DNA of 64,000 nt from Hypanus sabinus (taxonomy: Eukaryota). Positions 11,901 through 25,649 of the stretch are shown here, piece after piece. The notes under the pieces are model-generated. The model was not told where the DNA came from and made no database searches. It saw only the letters and a program-made list of their open reading frames with translations. Location: positions 153,078,001 to 153,142,000 of the forward strand of contig NC_082710.1 of assembly GCF_030144855.1 (NCBI RefSeq). The letters are read 5' to 3'. Within the stretch, counting starts at the first letter, position 1. Each line of letters begins with the position of its first letter. The position numbers were made by a program, and so were the translations under genes.

Positions 11901-13150
11901 CAGTCTGCAGTTGTTTTTGTTCATTGACTTTGTGTATTGTCATTCTGTGTTTTCCCTGAATATGCCTGCTTGTAATGCTGTTGCAAGCAAGATTTTCATT
12001 TTATCTATATCTAACCATTCTTATGCATATGGCAATATATATGACTGAACATGACCTAAAATCTCCCTGAACGTCCTAAATTCCCTGCTACCTAGGGTAA
12101 CAGAAACAGCAATATTGTTCTTTGTGATTTATTGCTCCTATTTCATCTGCTTCCTTTTTCATCATATTTCTGTAAGCAGCCAGTGCAGGCACAGAACACT
12201 GTCCCATAGTCTGCCATGTGTAAACATACTGACCAACCGCCCCAACACCAGAGCTTTGATGAACTCGCCACTCATGTCCAGTGCCAATTTCCTCCACTTC
12301 CCGCAGCATCCGCCATGAGCGGTGTTAAGCTGGCCACTCACTTGAGAGGGGCCTTTTACAAAACCTCCCAGAGGTGCTTGTGCATAAAATGCATCGATGT
12401 TCTCCCAGTCTATGACCACAGCAATCAACAAAACTTAGAGCCAACTCTTGATGCACTTTGAAAATAGGATGAAAAAGAAAAGAAAAAGATGCCAGTCAAC
12501 AGGCCAGGCAGTATCGAGGGGAAAGAGGAACTGTTAATGTCTCAAGTTAAAGACGGAAAGCTCCGTCGTTCCGATAGCATGCAAGGAGAGAGAAATAGAA
12601 CTAATGTTTCAGGGCCAAGATGGAAACTTGCAACAGTTCCCGTAGCATCTGTTGGGAGACAAACAATAAATGTTTCAGATTCGGGAGCCTGAATCAGAAC
12701 TTGGAATGAGAGAAATCAAGTTAGTTTTTGTTAGCAGAGAAGTCCTTCACACATAAGGCACAGAAAGAGGACACTCGGACCGCTATGTGGGTGCAGACCC
12801 TTAAGGAACAGAGGTATTTCTCTGGTATTGTGAAACAGACTGATATAACGTGGAAGTTAAGGGATAGTTAAACTCATACTAATTACTTTAATGTGATGCC
12901 TCTGTTAAGATTGTGGGACTTTCCTCTTTGGAAACTGGCGACAATTCCTACCCACCGGTGAAACATATTCAAGGATCATTTTGCCCCGAGTTTATCGACT
13001 CCAGAAATGTCGCAAGAGTGAAATAGAACACAGGAGTGCGATGAGTTCGTCTTCCCGTCTGATGCAGCCACAGCCAGGAACTCTGAAAGATTTAAAGGCG
13101 AGTTTCCCGACACAACCCCCAACCATCGCCGTCACATACCCTCGCCTCAC

Positions 13151-13226
13151 CTGTCTGGCTTCCCGCGACAGAGCAGAGAGAGAACGCGGTGACAAGGAGC
13201 GATACCAGTCCGGTGCAACACTCCAT
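13151..13226 (-). CDS. MHC class I-like gene exon 1 (signal peptide)
   Basis: ATG at 13226-13224 in good Kozak context (gcaATGG). Encodes MECCTGLVSLLVTAFSLCSVAGSQT + G (76 nt, phase 1) with donor CAG|gtgagg at 13150. It joins in frame to the alpha1 exon (G+GC = Gly) and lies in a CpG-rich unique island. Confidence 0.8.
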
Positions 13227-13760
13227 TGCGACGACTCCTCGCATCGACTGAACCCTGATCGTTAGTCAGTGAAGTGCTGAGGGTGGAGTTAGATTCACAG
13301 ACGCGGCTTGGTGTAAACAAGGTTATTTACAGGGCAGCCAGTAACTGAAAATCCTCCTACATAAATGGACTGTGGGCGGAGCGGAGATTCGGCTGAACGC
13401 GGGAGGGAGCGGAGCCAAACCACTTCCAGTTGTGTTGCATCAAATCCGGCGAGAGGTGATTTCAGGAAATACCCATTGTCCCGAGGGAAGCTGCTCAGCA
13501 CAAACCTTCTCAAATTACTGGGTAAAACAAAACTTCTAGAGGATCTCGGCGGGCCAGGCAGCAGATGTGAAGGGAAAAGCAGCGACAACACAAAATGCCC
13601 ACTGTCCATGTCCCTCCACAGCTGCGGGCAGACCCGCTGATTTATAGTCATACTTCATGAAACAGGACCGGTTAGGGAATGATCACAGAATAGGGTTCTT
13701 CCGCCACTGGACAGGGAGTGGCCAGGTTCGCTGAGAGAGCCCCTCAATTATTGTAGCAGA
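13227..13760 (-). promoter_or_regulatory. Putative CpG-rich proximal promoter / 5' UTR of the class I-like gene
   Basis: CpG density is visibly higher than in the rest of the window. GC box gggcgg at 13374-13379, forkhead-like gtaaaca and tatttac at ~13312-13330, ETS-like cacttcc at ~13421. It lies immediately 5' of the leader exon. Confidence 0.55.
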
Positions 13761-13779
13761 GCTCCCCCCCCCCCCCACC

Positions 13780-15605
13780 ACCACCACCCACGGTCTCAGA
13801 AGATTGTCAATAGTCTCTCACAACATCATCGACCTTATTAACTCTGGAGATCTCCCATCCACTGCTACCAACCTCATAGTTCCCACACCCCAACTGCCCA
13901 AGATTCACAACCCTACCTGTCCAGGTAGACCGATTGTTTCTGCTGGTTACTGCTCCACTGAACGTATATCTGCATACCTCTACTCAGTTTTATCCCCCAC
14001 CCGCCCCCGTTCAGTCCTTCCCACCTACATCCTTGACACTTCACACCCTCCTAATCTTTTCAATGATTTCAAGTTCACTCTACCTGATCATCATATTTTT
14101 ACTATGGATGTCCAACTCTATACACCTCCACATCCCACTAGGACGGTCTCAAGGCTCTCTGTTTCTTTCTGGACAGCATACCCCACCAGTTCCCCTCCAT
14201 CACCACTCTCCACCTAGCGAAACTGTTCCTCACTCTCAATAACTTCTCCTTTGGCTCCTCCCTTCAAGCAAATGGTTTATTATGGGAACTTGTATGGCTT
14301 TCAGGTATGCCTGCATTTTTGTTGGTTATGTGGAATAGTCTATGTTCTAACCCTACACTGGTTGGTGCTGTTTCCTACTCCCATGTGGAGCTTGTCAGCT
14401 TCATCAACTTTGCCGCCAGTTTCCATCCTCAGATTTATTTAGTCCATTTCTGACACCTCCCTCCACTTTCTCGATCTCACTAACTCTATCTCTGGAGACA
14501 GCTTAGCTATTGATGTCTTTTATAGACCCACTGACCCTCACATCTATCTGTACTATACCTCTTCCCACCCTGTTACTTGAAAAAATGCCACCCCCTTCTC
14601 TCAATTCCTTCTTCTCCACCGCATCTGCTCTCAGGATGAAGCTTTTCATTCTAGAGCTAAAGAAATGTTCTCTTTCTTCAAAGAAAGGGGCTTCCCTTCC
14701 TCCACCATCAATACTGCCCTCAGCTGCTTCTCTTCTATTTCACACTCCTCTGCCCTCACCCCATCCTCCCACCACCCCAACCAAAGTTCCTCTTCTCCTC
14801 AGCTACCACCTCACCTGCCTTTGCGTTCAGCACATAATTCTCCATAACTTCTGCCATCTCCAACAGAATCCCACCACCAAACACATTTTCCCTTCCCACA
14901 ACCTCCCACCACACTTGCTGCAGGAATCGCTTCCTACGTGACTCCCTGGTCCATATGTTCTTCCTCATTGATTTCCCTCCTGGCATTTATCCTTGCAAGC
15001 AGAACAAGTGTTACAGCTGCCCCTACACCTCCTCCCTCACTACCATTCAGAGCCCCAAACAGTCCTTCCAAGTGAGGCAACATTTCACTTATGAGTCTGT
15101 AGGGGTTATCTACTGTATCCAGTTCTCCAGGTGTGTGGCCTCCTGTATATTGGTGAGACCTGACATAGATTGGGAGACTGCTTCGCAAGCACTGACACTC
15201 TCTTCACCAGAAGAAGCAGAATCCTCCAGTGGCCACCCATTTTAATTCTACTTCTCATTCCCATTCTGACATGTCAAGCCATGGTCTCCTCTATTGCCGT
15301 GATGTATTCCATCTGGGTAGCCTCCAACCTCCAACATTGATTTTTCCAACTTCCGGTAATGCCCCTCCTCCCCTCTACTTCAGCATTCCCCATCCCCATT
15401 TCCCTTTCCCATCTTATCACCTTACCTGCATACCACCTTCCTCTGGTGCTCCTTCCCTTCACTTCCTTCCACGGCCTCTGTCATCCCCTTTTTTAGCCCT
15501 TTATCTCTTTCACCATTTGAACCCCTAGCTCTTTACTTCACACCTCCCTCTCTCCCGGTTTCACCTATCACCTATGATCTTGTACTTCCTCCTCTCCAAC
15601 GCCCC
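13780..15605 (+). mobile_element. Penelope-like retroelement (RT + GIY-YIG remnants), degraded; its 3' end resumes at ~17880-18010
   Basis: LPKIHNP..PGRPIVSA (13804..14217) and GIY-YIG-like FTYESVGVIYCIQ (14955..15245). The terminal cctgatgaagggtctcg motif appears after the nested CR1. Confidence 0.8.
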
Positions 15606-17875
15606 ATAGAACCATAAAACACTACTGCACAAAAAGCAGGCCATTTGGCCCTTCTAGTCTGTGCTGAAACTTTATTCCGCTAGTCCCATTGACCTGCATC
15701 CAGTCCATAACCCTCCAGACCTCTCCCATCCATGTACCTATCCAATTTATTCTTAAAATTTAAGAGTAAGCCTGCAGTTATCATGTCAGATGGCAGCTCG
15801 TTCCACAATTCTACCACTCTCTGAGTGAAGAAATTCCCCCTAATGTTCCCCCTAAACCTTTCCCCTTTCATCCTGAAGCCATGTCCTCTCATATTTATCT
15901 CTCCTAACCTAAGTGGAAAGAGCCTGTTCACATTTACTCTGTTTTACCCCTCATAACTTTGTAAACCTCTATCAAATCTCCCCTCATTCTTCTACACTCC
16001 AAGGAATAAAGTCCTAACCTGTTCAATCTTTCCCTGTAACTCAACTCCTGAAGACCCCAGCAACATCCTCATAAATCTCTGCACTCTTTCAATTTTACTG
16101 ATAGCCTTCCTATAGTTTAGTGACCAGAAATGTACACAACACTCCAAATTTGGCCTCACCGATGTCTTACACAACTTCCCCATAAAATCTCAACTCCTAT
16201 ACTCAATACTTTAATTTATGAATGCCAGGATGCCAAAAGCTTTCTTTACAACCCTGTCTACCTGTGACACCACTTTCAGGGCATTATGTATCTGAACTCC
16301 CAGATCTCTTTGTTCCTTCATACTCCTCAGTGCCCTACCATTTACTGTGTATGTCCTACCTTGATTTGTCCTTCCAAAATGCAACACTTCACACTTGTCT
16401 GCATTAAATTCCATCTGCCATTTACTGGCCCATTTTTCCAGTTGGTCCAGATCCCTCTGCAAGATTTGAAAGCCTTTCTCGCAGTCCACAACACCTCAAA
16501 TCCTAGTGTCATCAGTAAACTTGCTGATCCAATTTACCACATTATTATCTAGATCATTGATATAGACAACAAACAACAATGGTCCTAGCACAGATCCTTG
16601 AGGCACACCACTAGTCATAGGCCTCCAGTCTGATAAGCAATCATCCACTACCAATCTGTCTTCTCCCAAACAGCCAATTTCAAATCCAGTTTACAACCTC
16701 TCCATGGATACCCAGTGCCTGAGTCTTCTGAATTAACCTCCCATGTGGGACCTTATCAAAGACCTTATCAAGCCCATGTAGACAACATCCACAGCTTTTC
16801 CTTTGACTGCTTTCTTGGTAACCTCCTTGAAAAACCCTACAAGATTTGATAAACACGATCTACCACGCATGAAGCCATGCTGACTATCCTTAATCAGCCC
16901 TTGGCTGTCCAAATACTTCTAATTCCGATCTCTCAGAACACCTTCCAATAATTTACTTACTACTGACATCAGGCTCACCGGCCTGTAATTACCCGGTTTA
17001 CATTTGGAGCTTTTTTTAAACAATGGAACAACATGAGCTACCCTCCAATCCTCTGGCACTATACCCGTGGTGAAGAACATTTTAAATATTTCTGCCAAGG
17101 CCCCTGCAATTTCTACACTAGTCTTCCTCAAGGTCCAAGGAAATATTATGTCAGGCCCGGGGGATTTATCAACCTGTAAGGCAGCAAGCACCTCCTCCTC
17201 TTTAATCTCTATATGTTCCAAGACACTGCTGCTTGTTTCCCTTCCTTCCATATATGCTATGCCAGTTTCCTAAGTAAATACTGATGCAAAAAAATTGTTT
17301 AAGATCTCTCCCATTTTGTCAGGCTCCACCCAAAGATGACCACTTTGATCTTCTAAGGGACCAATTTTGTCCCTTACTATCTTTTTACTCTTAATATACT
17401 TGTAGAAACCCTTCAGATTTACCTTCACATTATCTGGCAAAGCAACCTCATGTCTTCTTATTGCCTTCCTGATTTCCTTCTTCAGTATTTTCTATACTCT
17501 TCAAGAACCTCATTTGTTCCTTGTTGCCTATACCTGCTATATGCCTCTCTTTTTTTCTTAACCAGATCGCCAAATTCCCTTGAAAACCAAGATTCCCTCT
17601 GCTTGTTAACTTTGCCTTTAGTCCTGGCATGAACATGCATACTCTAACTCTCAAAATTTCACCCTTGAATGCCTTCCACATTCTGAACAAATTCTTGCCA
17701 GAAAACAACTTATCCCAATCCACTCTTCCAAGATCCTTTCTTATTTCCTTAAAATTGGCCCTTCTCCAATTTAGAGCCTTAACTCAAGGACCAGACCTAC
17801 CCTTATCCATAATTAACTTGAAACTAATGACATTATGATCACTGGACCAAAACTGTTTGCCTACACATACTTCTG
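15606..17875 (-). mobile_element. CR1-type LINE (fragmented ORF2) nested in the Penelope element
   Basis: ORFs 16919..17251 (VDKSPGPD..VPEDWRVAHVVPLFKK..NYRPVSL), 16211..16489 (WQMEFNADKCEVLHFG) and 15680..15931 (C-terminus). Confidence 0.9.
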
Positions 17876-18118
17876 TCAGCCCACATTCTTACTTTGACTT
17901 CTTATATATTTTTCTCCAGTCCTGATGAAGGGTCTCGATCTGAAACTTAGACTGTTTACTCTTTTCCATAGATGTTACCTGACCTGCTGAGTTCCTCCAG
18001 CAATTTGAGTGCATGGCAACAATCGTATTAATTTTAGCAAATATAATAGAGCTCTAAACATTCACTGTGACTCTATGAATAAAAAGACATTGTATGGTTT
18101 ATTCTTGTAAATATTTTT

Positions 18119-21100
18119 CTTTCTTTTTAAATCTTTTCATTAATTTTAAACAAACATAAATGAAACATGAATACAAGAGAGTTTGAGACTACATAATTAA
18201 TAGGTTAAATACACATTCAATTAGATGATAATCCATATATATTAACCTCCCAAACTCATAGTAATTACGAACAAAAGGAGTAAGTTAAAAAAAATCCCCA
18301 AAAAAAGAAAAGAAAAAAATTAACCAACATGGCCCATTGCATTATGTCAAATACATACAATAGTGTCAATAACTCCATACCTCCATCCAAATAATTAAGG
18401 ATAATAAAAGTGTTTAGGAAATGTCAGTTTAATTCCTATGAAAATATTGAATAAATGGTCTCCAAGTTTCTTCAAATTTAATTGAAGGATCAAAGACAAC
18501 ACTTCTAATTTTTTTTCTAAACTCAAACAAGAAATAGTTTGAGAAAACCACTGAAATATAGTTGGAGGATTAATTTCTTTCCAATTCAATAGGATAGATC
18601 TTCCAACCATTAATGTAACAAATGCAATCATTTGTCGAGATGAAGGGGATAAACAACTATTATCCACCATTGGTAAACTAAAAACTTGCAGTAATAGGAT
18701 GTGGTTGCAATTTTATATTCAGAACTGTTGAAATAATACCGAACATATCTTTCCAATAATTTTGCAAACAAGGGCAAGATCATAACATGTGGGTCAATGA
18801 AGCAACTTCAAAATGACATCTGTCACAGGTTGGATTAACGTAAGAATAAAATCGAGCAAGTTTATCCTTAGACATATGAGCTCTATGTACAACCTTAAAT
18901 TGTATTAGGGCATGTTTAGCACAAATAGAAGAGAAATTGACTAATTGTAAAATTTTCTCCCACTGCTCAGTGGGTATAAGACAATGAAGTTCTTTTTCCT
19001 ATTCCTTCTTAATTTTTTCTGATACTTCTTGCTGTATTTTCATGATCATATTATAAGTGATGGCTACTAAACCCTTCTGGCAAGGATTCAGAGCTAAAAA
19101 AAATTCTGTAACTTCTGTTGGACAAAATTTCAGAAAAGACTGTAACTTATTATTCAAGAAATTTCTAACTTGCAAATATCTAAAAAAAGGCTTATAAGTA
19201 AATTCTATTTATTAGAGAGCTGTTCAAAGGACATAAAACTATTATCTAAAAATAGATCATGAAAACACGTTATACCTTTTGTTTTCCATAATACAAAGAC
19301 TTGATCCATAAAAGAGGGCCAAAAAAAAGTTAGATATAATAGGGCTTGATGAGATAAACTTATTCAAGCCAAAAAAAATTTTGAAATTGAAACTATATTC
19401 GCAATGCATGTTTAACTATAGGATTAGTTATTTGTTTATTCAATTTAGATAAAGAAAAAGGAAGTGAAAATCTTAAAATTGAAAATAATGAAAATAACAG
19501 ATTTACATTCCAAATTTACCCATTGTGGGAAGCTGCTATAATTGATTCTTGTGTCCAAAATATTAAATATTGTATATTAACTGCTCAATAGTAAAATCTC
19601 AGGTTTGGCAAAGCCAAACCACCCTCCTTTTTAGGCTTCTGTAAATATTTTTCGCTTAGTCTAGCATTTTTATTCTGCCACACATACAAGGATATTTTGG
19701 AGTCAATAATATCAAAAAAAGATTTATGAATAAAAATTGGTAATGCTTGGAATAAATATACCATATGGTCATACCATCATCTTAAAAGCATTAATTTGAC
19801 CAACCAATGACAAAGATAATGGGGACCACCTGTAACAAGTTGCTTAATTTGGTCAATTAAAGGTGAAAAATTAACTTTAAGTAAATCCCTATGTTTCTTG
19901 GTAAATTTAATACCCAAATAAGTAAAATGATATGTGACAACTTTAAATGGCAAATGTTTATAAATTGAAACCTGCATATTTAATGGAAATAATTCATCCT
20001 TATTAAAATTCAGTTTGTAACCAGAAAAGCTACTAAACTGAGTAAGCAAGGATGAAATAGCAGGAATAGATCTCTCAGGGTCAGATATGTATATTAACAA
20101 ATCATCAGCATATAATGATAACGTTATAAGCCCCTTCCCCATGGGTAATACCCAAAATATTAGGTGATTCACGAATGGCTATAGCTAAAGGTTCCAAAAC
20201 AATGTCAAATAGTAAAGGACTTAAAGGACAGCCTTGCCTTGTACCATGGAATAACTGAAAAAAGGAGATCTTTGATTATTGGTAAAAACTGAGGCCAAAG
20301 GTTTATAATATATTAATTTAATCCATGATATAAATTTCAAACTAAAATTAAAATGTTGCAACGTATTAAATAAATATGGCCATTCAACTCTATCAAATGC
20401 TTTTTCAGCATCTAAGGAAATGACACATTCTGGTATTTTGGAGGAAGGCGTATAAATAATATTAATCAATTTTCTAATGTTAAAAGATGAGTAATGGTTT
20501 TTAATAAATCCAGTCTGATCTTTAGAGATAATTCGAGGTAATGTATTTTCTAATCTAGTGGCCAAAATTTTACTAAATATCTTAGAGTCCATATTCAGCA
20601 AGGATATAGGCCGATAGGATGCACAGTCAGTGGGGTCTTTATCTTTTTTAAGAATTAAAGAAATAGAGGCATCATAAAAAGATTGTTGCAATTTACCTGC
20701 AGTTAACACATCTTTAATGATTTTACAAAGCCAAGGAGAGAGTATAGAGGAAAGGGATTTTAAAAATTCTGCAGTATAACCATCTGGACCAGGGGCTTTA
20801 CCGGAATTCATTGAAAAAATAGCCTCTTTTATTTCAGTTTCCATAATAGGTTCATCTAGAAATACACTATCTTCTGTTGTTAATTTTGGGATATTCAATT
20901 TTCTTAAAAATTCATCCATTATAGAAGAATCCTCAACAAATTCTGATTGATATAAGGAATTTTAAAATCTTGAAAGGCTTTATTTATCTATTTATGATCG
21001 ATTGTCAAAGTGTCATCTCGTTTACGAATCTTAGTAATTTGTCATTTAACTGAAGCAGTTTTCAATTGATTAGCCAATAATTTGCCAGATTTATCTCCAT

Positions 21101-23954
21101 GTACATAGAATTGGGTAATTGTGTTCTAGATTTAATAAACTGATTTTCAATTGAAGAGGATAATAACAAACTGTGCTCCATTTGAAGTTCAACTCTTTCT
21201 TTATAAAGTTCTTTGCTGGGGATCATGGAATAAATCTTATCAATTGCTTTGATTTTATCAATCAATGTTAATATTTTAGAATTAGTTTGTTTCCTAACTC
21301 CAGCAGAGTATGAAATAATCTGTCCATGAATAAATGTTTTAAAAGTGTCCCATAAAATTCCACTAGACATCTTTGCTGTAGAATTTGTTGAGAAAAAAAA
21401 TCAATTTGTTGTTTAATAAAATTAAGAAAGTCTGAGTCCTGCAATAATAGAGTTGAACCTCCAAGATTTAGCATTAGAAGATGAATCCATTGTCTTAATA
21501 GATAGCTTCAAAGGTGCATGGTCAGAAATGGTAATGGAGTCATATTTACAATCAATGACATCTGTAAGTAAACGATAATAATCAATTCTTGAACAATTAT
21601 GATAAACATGAGAAAAGTATGAAAATTCTTTGTCATTGGGCTGTAAAAAAAAGCCTAATTTTGGAAATTCCAGAATCAACCATATAGGAATTAATAAGAG
21701 AGGCCGATTTATTTGGAAGAGCTTGGGTGGGCTTAGATCTATCCATCGAACGGTTTAAGCAACAGTTAAAATCCCCACCCATTATCAGCATGTACTGATT
21801 CAAATTAGGAAAGGATGTAAATAGACACTTACAAATTCAGGACAATCAGTGTTTGGAGCATAAACATTAACTAAGACAACTTCTTGATTAAAAAGTAAAC
21901 CAGTAATAAGCAAAAATCTACCTTGTGGGTCCAAAATTGTTTAACAGTGTATAAAGGAGGTTGAAGAATCTATAAAAATGGAAATGCCACTTACTTTGGC
22001 TTGGGAATTCGAGTGATTTTTCCAAAACCTAAAAAAACGTTGACTTCCTCACATGAGTCTCTTGACGAAAACAATATTAGCATTCATTCTGTGGAATACT
22101 TTGAACATTTTTTTCCATTTGATCGGATGTTTTAAACCATCAGTATTCCAAGAAACAAAATTAATAATCATTCATGTTGCCAATACTTATTACAATTAAC
22201 ACATAAGGTTAAAAAAAGATGAACTCATGAATCCGGAAGAGGGATGTAAGTACAGGGAGGAACCGGAAGTTATGACACTGCAACCATTTTTGTAGTTTCG
22301 ATCAGCCCATGAAGTAAAACTAAGCGTGACGCAAGCAAAAGGAAAGACCCCTCCCCTCCCTCCACCCTCAAAACCCCAGAAAAAAGCCAGAAGGAGGGAA
22401 GTAGGCAATCTAATACTAAATTTACCCCCATGTCTCAAGACGGCAACTCAAACAAGAAAGTAAAAAAAATACAAACCACCCATATTTTAAGAAAGAGTTG
22501 GTAGAACTAAGATTGAACTGTAAAATTAGTATTATCTATATAAAACAAAAGGATTTAAAAAAAGAAAAAAAACTAAAACATTAAAACCCATAAATGGATG
22601 ATATTGTATTAGTGTTTTAAAAGAAAGTCCTTAAACTTATCCAGACACATCGAAACAGATGTGATGTATCCAAGCACTAAGGTCTTTGGGAAAAAGAAAC
22701 TACATCTTAGAAAAGTTTTTTATTTAAAAAATCTTAATATCTAAGCATTAAAATATTTTAAAAAGTGTTTTTGAACTTAAAAGAAAAACCTAATGAGTTA
22801 CTTTCAGAACTAACAAAATAATAATATAAAAAGAACAAACTCAGGATAAACAAAAAAAAGGACCTTTACCGTGTGTAAGAAATACACTTTTAGCCATCTC
22901 GTAAAAAATCATCAAATTACAAAAGATCCAAATCTACAGACTAATTATTACATTAGTCAACTCGTAGTTAAAATAAAGTATTATTCTTCAAGGAATCTTT
23001 CAGCATCCGCTGGAGATTTGAACAGCCGGTAAGTCCCATCTTTGAGAGTAACTCTCATTTGTGCTGGAAATAATAGCGCTTGCTTGTAGCCTTTCTAATG
23101 AATTTCCGACATAATCGATTTAAAAGCCATACTTGCCCTTAAAACTTCGGGACTATAATCTTCCAGAATACGAAATTGGAAATTTTGAAAGCTGATCATA
23201 TCCTTTTTCCGAGCAGCGCAAATCAAACATTCTTTTGTATGAGGATAATGAATCCGGAGAATCTCTGGTCGTGGTTTCGTACCTGAAGCTGGTTGAAAAC
23301 GTGAAATGCGATGTGCACGGTCGATTAATGGAGGGGTATCCAGTACTTCTGAGCCGAAGACGTCCATTAAAAATTTAGAGAAAAATACAGTGAGATCACC
23401 GTTCTCAAAATTTGCCGGAAGCCCAATTATCCGGAGATTTTGTCTTCGAGAGCGGTTTTCAAGATCAGTGATTTTAGATTTATAACGATCCAGCAGTTGA
23501 GAAGTCGAATCTTGCTGTTGTTGCAGAGTTTCAATTATGCGATCTCTCTGGTGAGCGGCTTCTTCAAGAACTAAAATTTTTGCTTCTTGTTGTTTTGAAT
23601 CCAGTGTAAGTGATTGAATTTTTGCATTGACTGTCTTTAAAATTTCATCGAGTGTAGAAAGCTTTGGGGTTAATTTATTCTCCAGTTTTTCAAGTCTTTT
23701 GTCCATAAGTTTCGCAATTGCTTCCAAAGTTAACGGTTCTTTCGACTGTTTCGATTCCTTAGGTTCTTGTGGTTTAGACATTTTAACGAGTTGAAAATGA
23801 TTCAAACAGTTGAAAAAGATTTCATAAGTATAGACCCCTTTAAAATAGGTATAAACAGGTCAATTAGGGGGTGGTTTTAGGTAGAAAACAAGTAAAAGGA
23901 TTGGAATGAATCCCAAAGCAGTTTCACTCCATAAGCGCCATCTTGAGACTCCTC
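18119..23954 (-). mobile_element. Full-length L1-like LINE (5' UTR, ORF1, disrupted APE-RT ORF2, AT-rich 3' UTR) with 18-bp TSD
   Basis: TSD attcttgtaaatattttt at 18101-18118 and 23955-23972. ORF1 23095..23805 has a coiled coil plus LENRSRRQNLRIIGLP and DRAHR, and is prematurely stopped. ORF2 pieces: SDHAPL, SGKAPGPDGY, YRPISLLN, SLDAEKAFDRVEW, LYADDLL. Confidence 0.95.
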
Positions 23955-24104
23955 ATTCTTGTAAATATTTTTATTATGCATAAAAGTTTATTTTGATATT
24001 TTTTAAAAAAATGAAACAGGCCTTTCTGTGCAAGCAAGATGCCCATGTTCAATCCATTTGCCAGTGTTTAGCCCATAACTTTCCAAACCATGTACCTGTA
24101 GTAC

Positions 24105-25035
24105 CAAACTATAGTGGAGTGTGTCAGGAATGGTCAGGAGGAAGAGTATAGGAAACTGATACAGGACTTTGTGATATGGTGCAACTCAAACTACCTGCGT
24201 CTCAATATCACCAAGACCAAGGAGATGGTGGTGGACTTTAGGAGACCTAGGCCTCATATGGAGCCAGTGATCATTAATGGAGAATGTGTGGAGCAGGTTA
24301 AGACCTACAAGTATCTGGGAGTGCAGTTAGACGAGAAGCTAGACTGGAGTGCCAACACAAATGCCCTGTGCAGGAAAGCACAGAGTCGACTGTACTTCCT
24401 TAGAAGGCTGGCGTCATTCAATGTTTGTAGTGAGATGCTGAAGATGTTCTATCGGTCAGTTGTGGAGAGCGCCCTCTTCTTTGTGGTGGCGTGCTGGGGA
24501 GGCAGCATTAAGAAGAGGGACGCCTCACATCTTAATAAGCTGGTAAGGAAGGTGGGCTCTGTTGTGGGCACAGAACTGGAGAGTATGACATCAGTGGCAG
24601 AGCTGAGGGCGCTGAGTAGGCTACGGTCAATCATGGAAAACCCTGAACATCCTCTGCACAGCACCATCCAGAGACAGAGAAGCAGCTTCAGCGGCAGGTT
24701 GCTGTCAATGCAATGCTACTCAGACAGGATGAAGAGATCATTACTCCCCAACGCCATTCAGCTATACAATTCAACCACCAGGGACAAGACATGTTTAGTG
24801 CTGGGGTTAGGACTGAGCTTAAGTTACCACTCAATGCACTTTAGTAAACTATTTAAGAACTTTTTAAAAGTTAATTATTAATGCTTTTTGGGAGGGTGAT
24901 TTTAGATGCATTTCATATTTATACTGAGTTAAATTCTGTATGTAATTAGTTTTGCTATAATAAGTGTATGGGACACTGGAAAAATGTTGAATTTCCCCTT
25001 GGGGATGAATAAAGTATCTAACTATCTATCTATCT
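24105..25035 (+). mobile_element. Rex1/Babar-like LINE, 5'-truncated
   Basis: ORF 24114..24881 (LRLNITKTKEMVVDFR, YKYLGVQLD, KAQSRLYFLRRL). The 3' tail is aataaagtatct-(tatc)n at ~25008-25035. Confidence 0.9.
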
Positions 25036-25649
25036 GTTTTTTAAAAGCTGTTTCTTTACCTATCGCAAACAATTTCTTTGGCACTTCAGTTTATATACAA
25101 AGAAAGGGATGGAGGTGCCTCCATCTGGCCAGGACCCCTTTCCGTAACTCCCTCCCTCTGCTCTGTTGTTCCTGGAAACACAAGGACTGCACTTCTGTGC
25201 AACATACACCCACACACTGCAGATATCCCTTCATCGGCTCCTTTGCTCTCCAGTTCCACATCGCACTGCTCCTCACTCTGTTCCCATCCATCTCTCTCTC
25301 CCACACCAGAATTTCTGTCTACTTCATTCAGATACATCTGCTCTCTCTTGCTCCCCATGTCCACGATCTTCTGCTCACCTGTGTGCTCTTTCCCATTTCC
25401 CAATCCTCTCTCTCTCCCCCTGCACTCCGTCCTCTCCTCCTAGGGTCGGATTCATGCAGCACTACAGCACAGGCATAGGTCATTTGGCCCATCTCAAACA
25501 TGCAGAATTGTTAGTCTTCATAGCGCCATCAACTCACACATGGACAGCACTCCAGGCTGCTCCCATGCATGTACTGAACCTCTCATAAAAGTTGCAAACA
25601 AACCTACATTCACCACTTCCCCTGGCAGTTTATTCCACACTCTCACCAT

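Noticed and set aside
12342-12409. Exon-like 68-nt minus-strand segment in intron 1 (catag / gtgagt)
   Set aside because: Phase 1->0 would frameshift alpha1, and the peptide has no recognisable homology.
12981-13651. Long ORFs across the CpG island (12981..13265, 13295..13651, 13365..13640)
   Set aside because: Stop-poor GC-rich promoter DNA. Only the 76-nt leader portion has coding and splice support.
25060-25600. Several overlapping 100-160 aa ORFs on both strands
   Set aside because: Low-complexity pyrimidine-rich sequence producing chance ORFs, with no domain or splice support.
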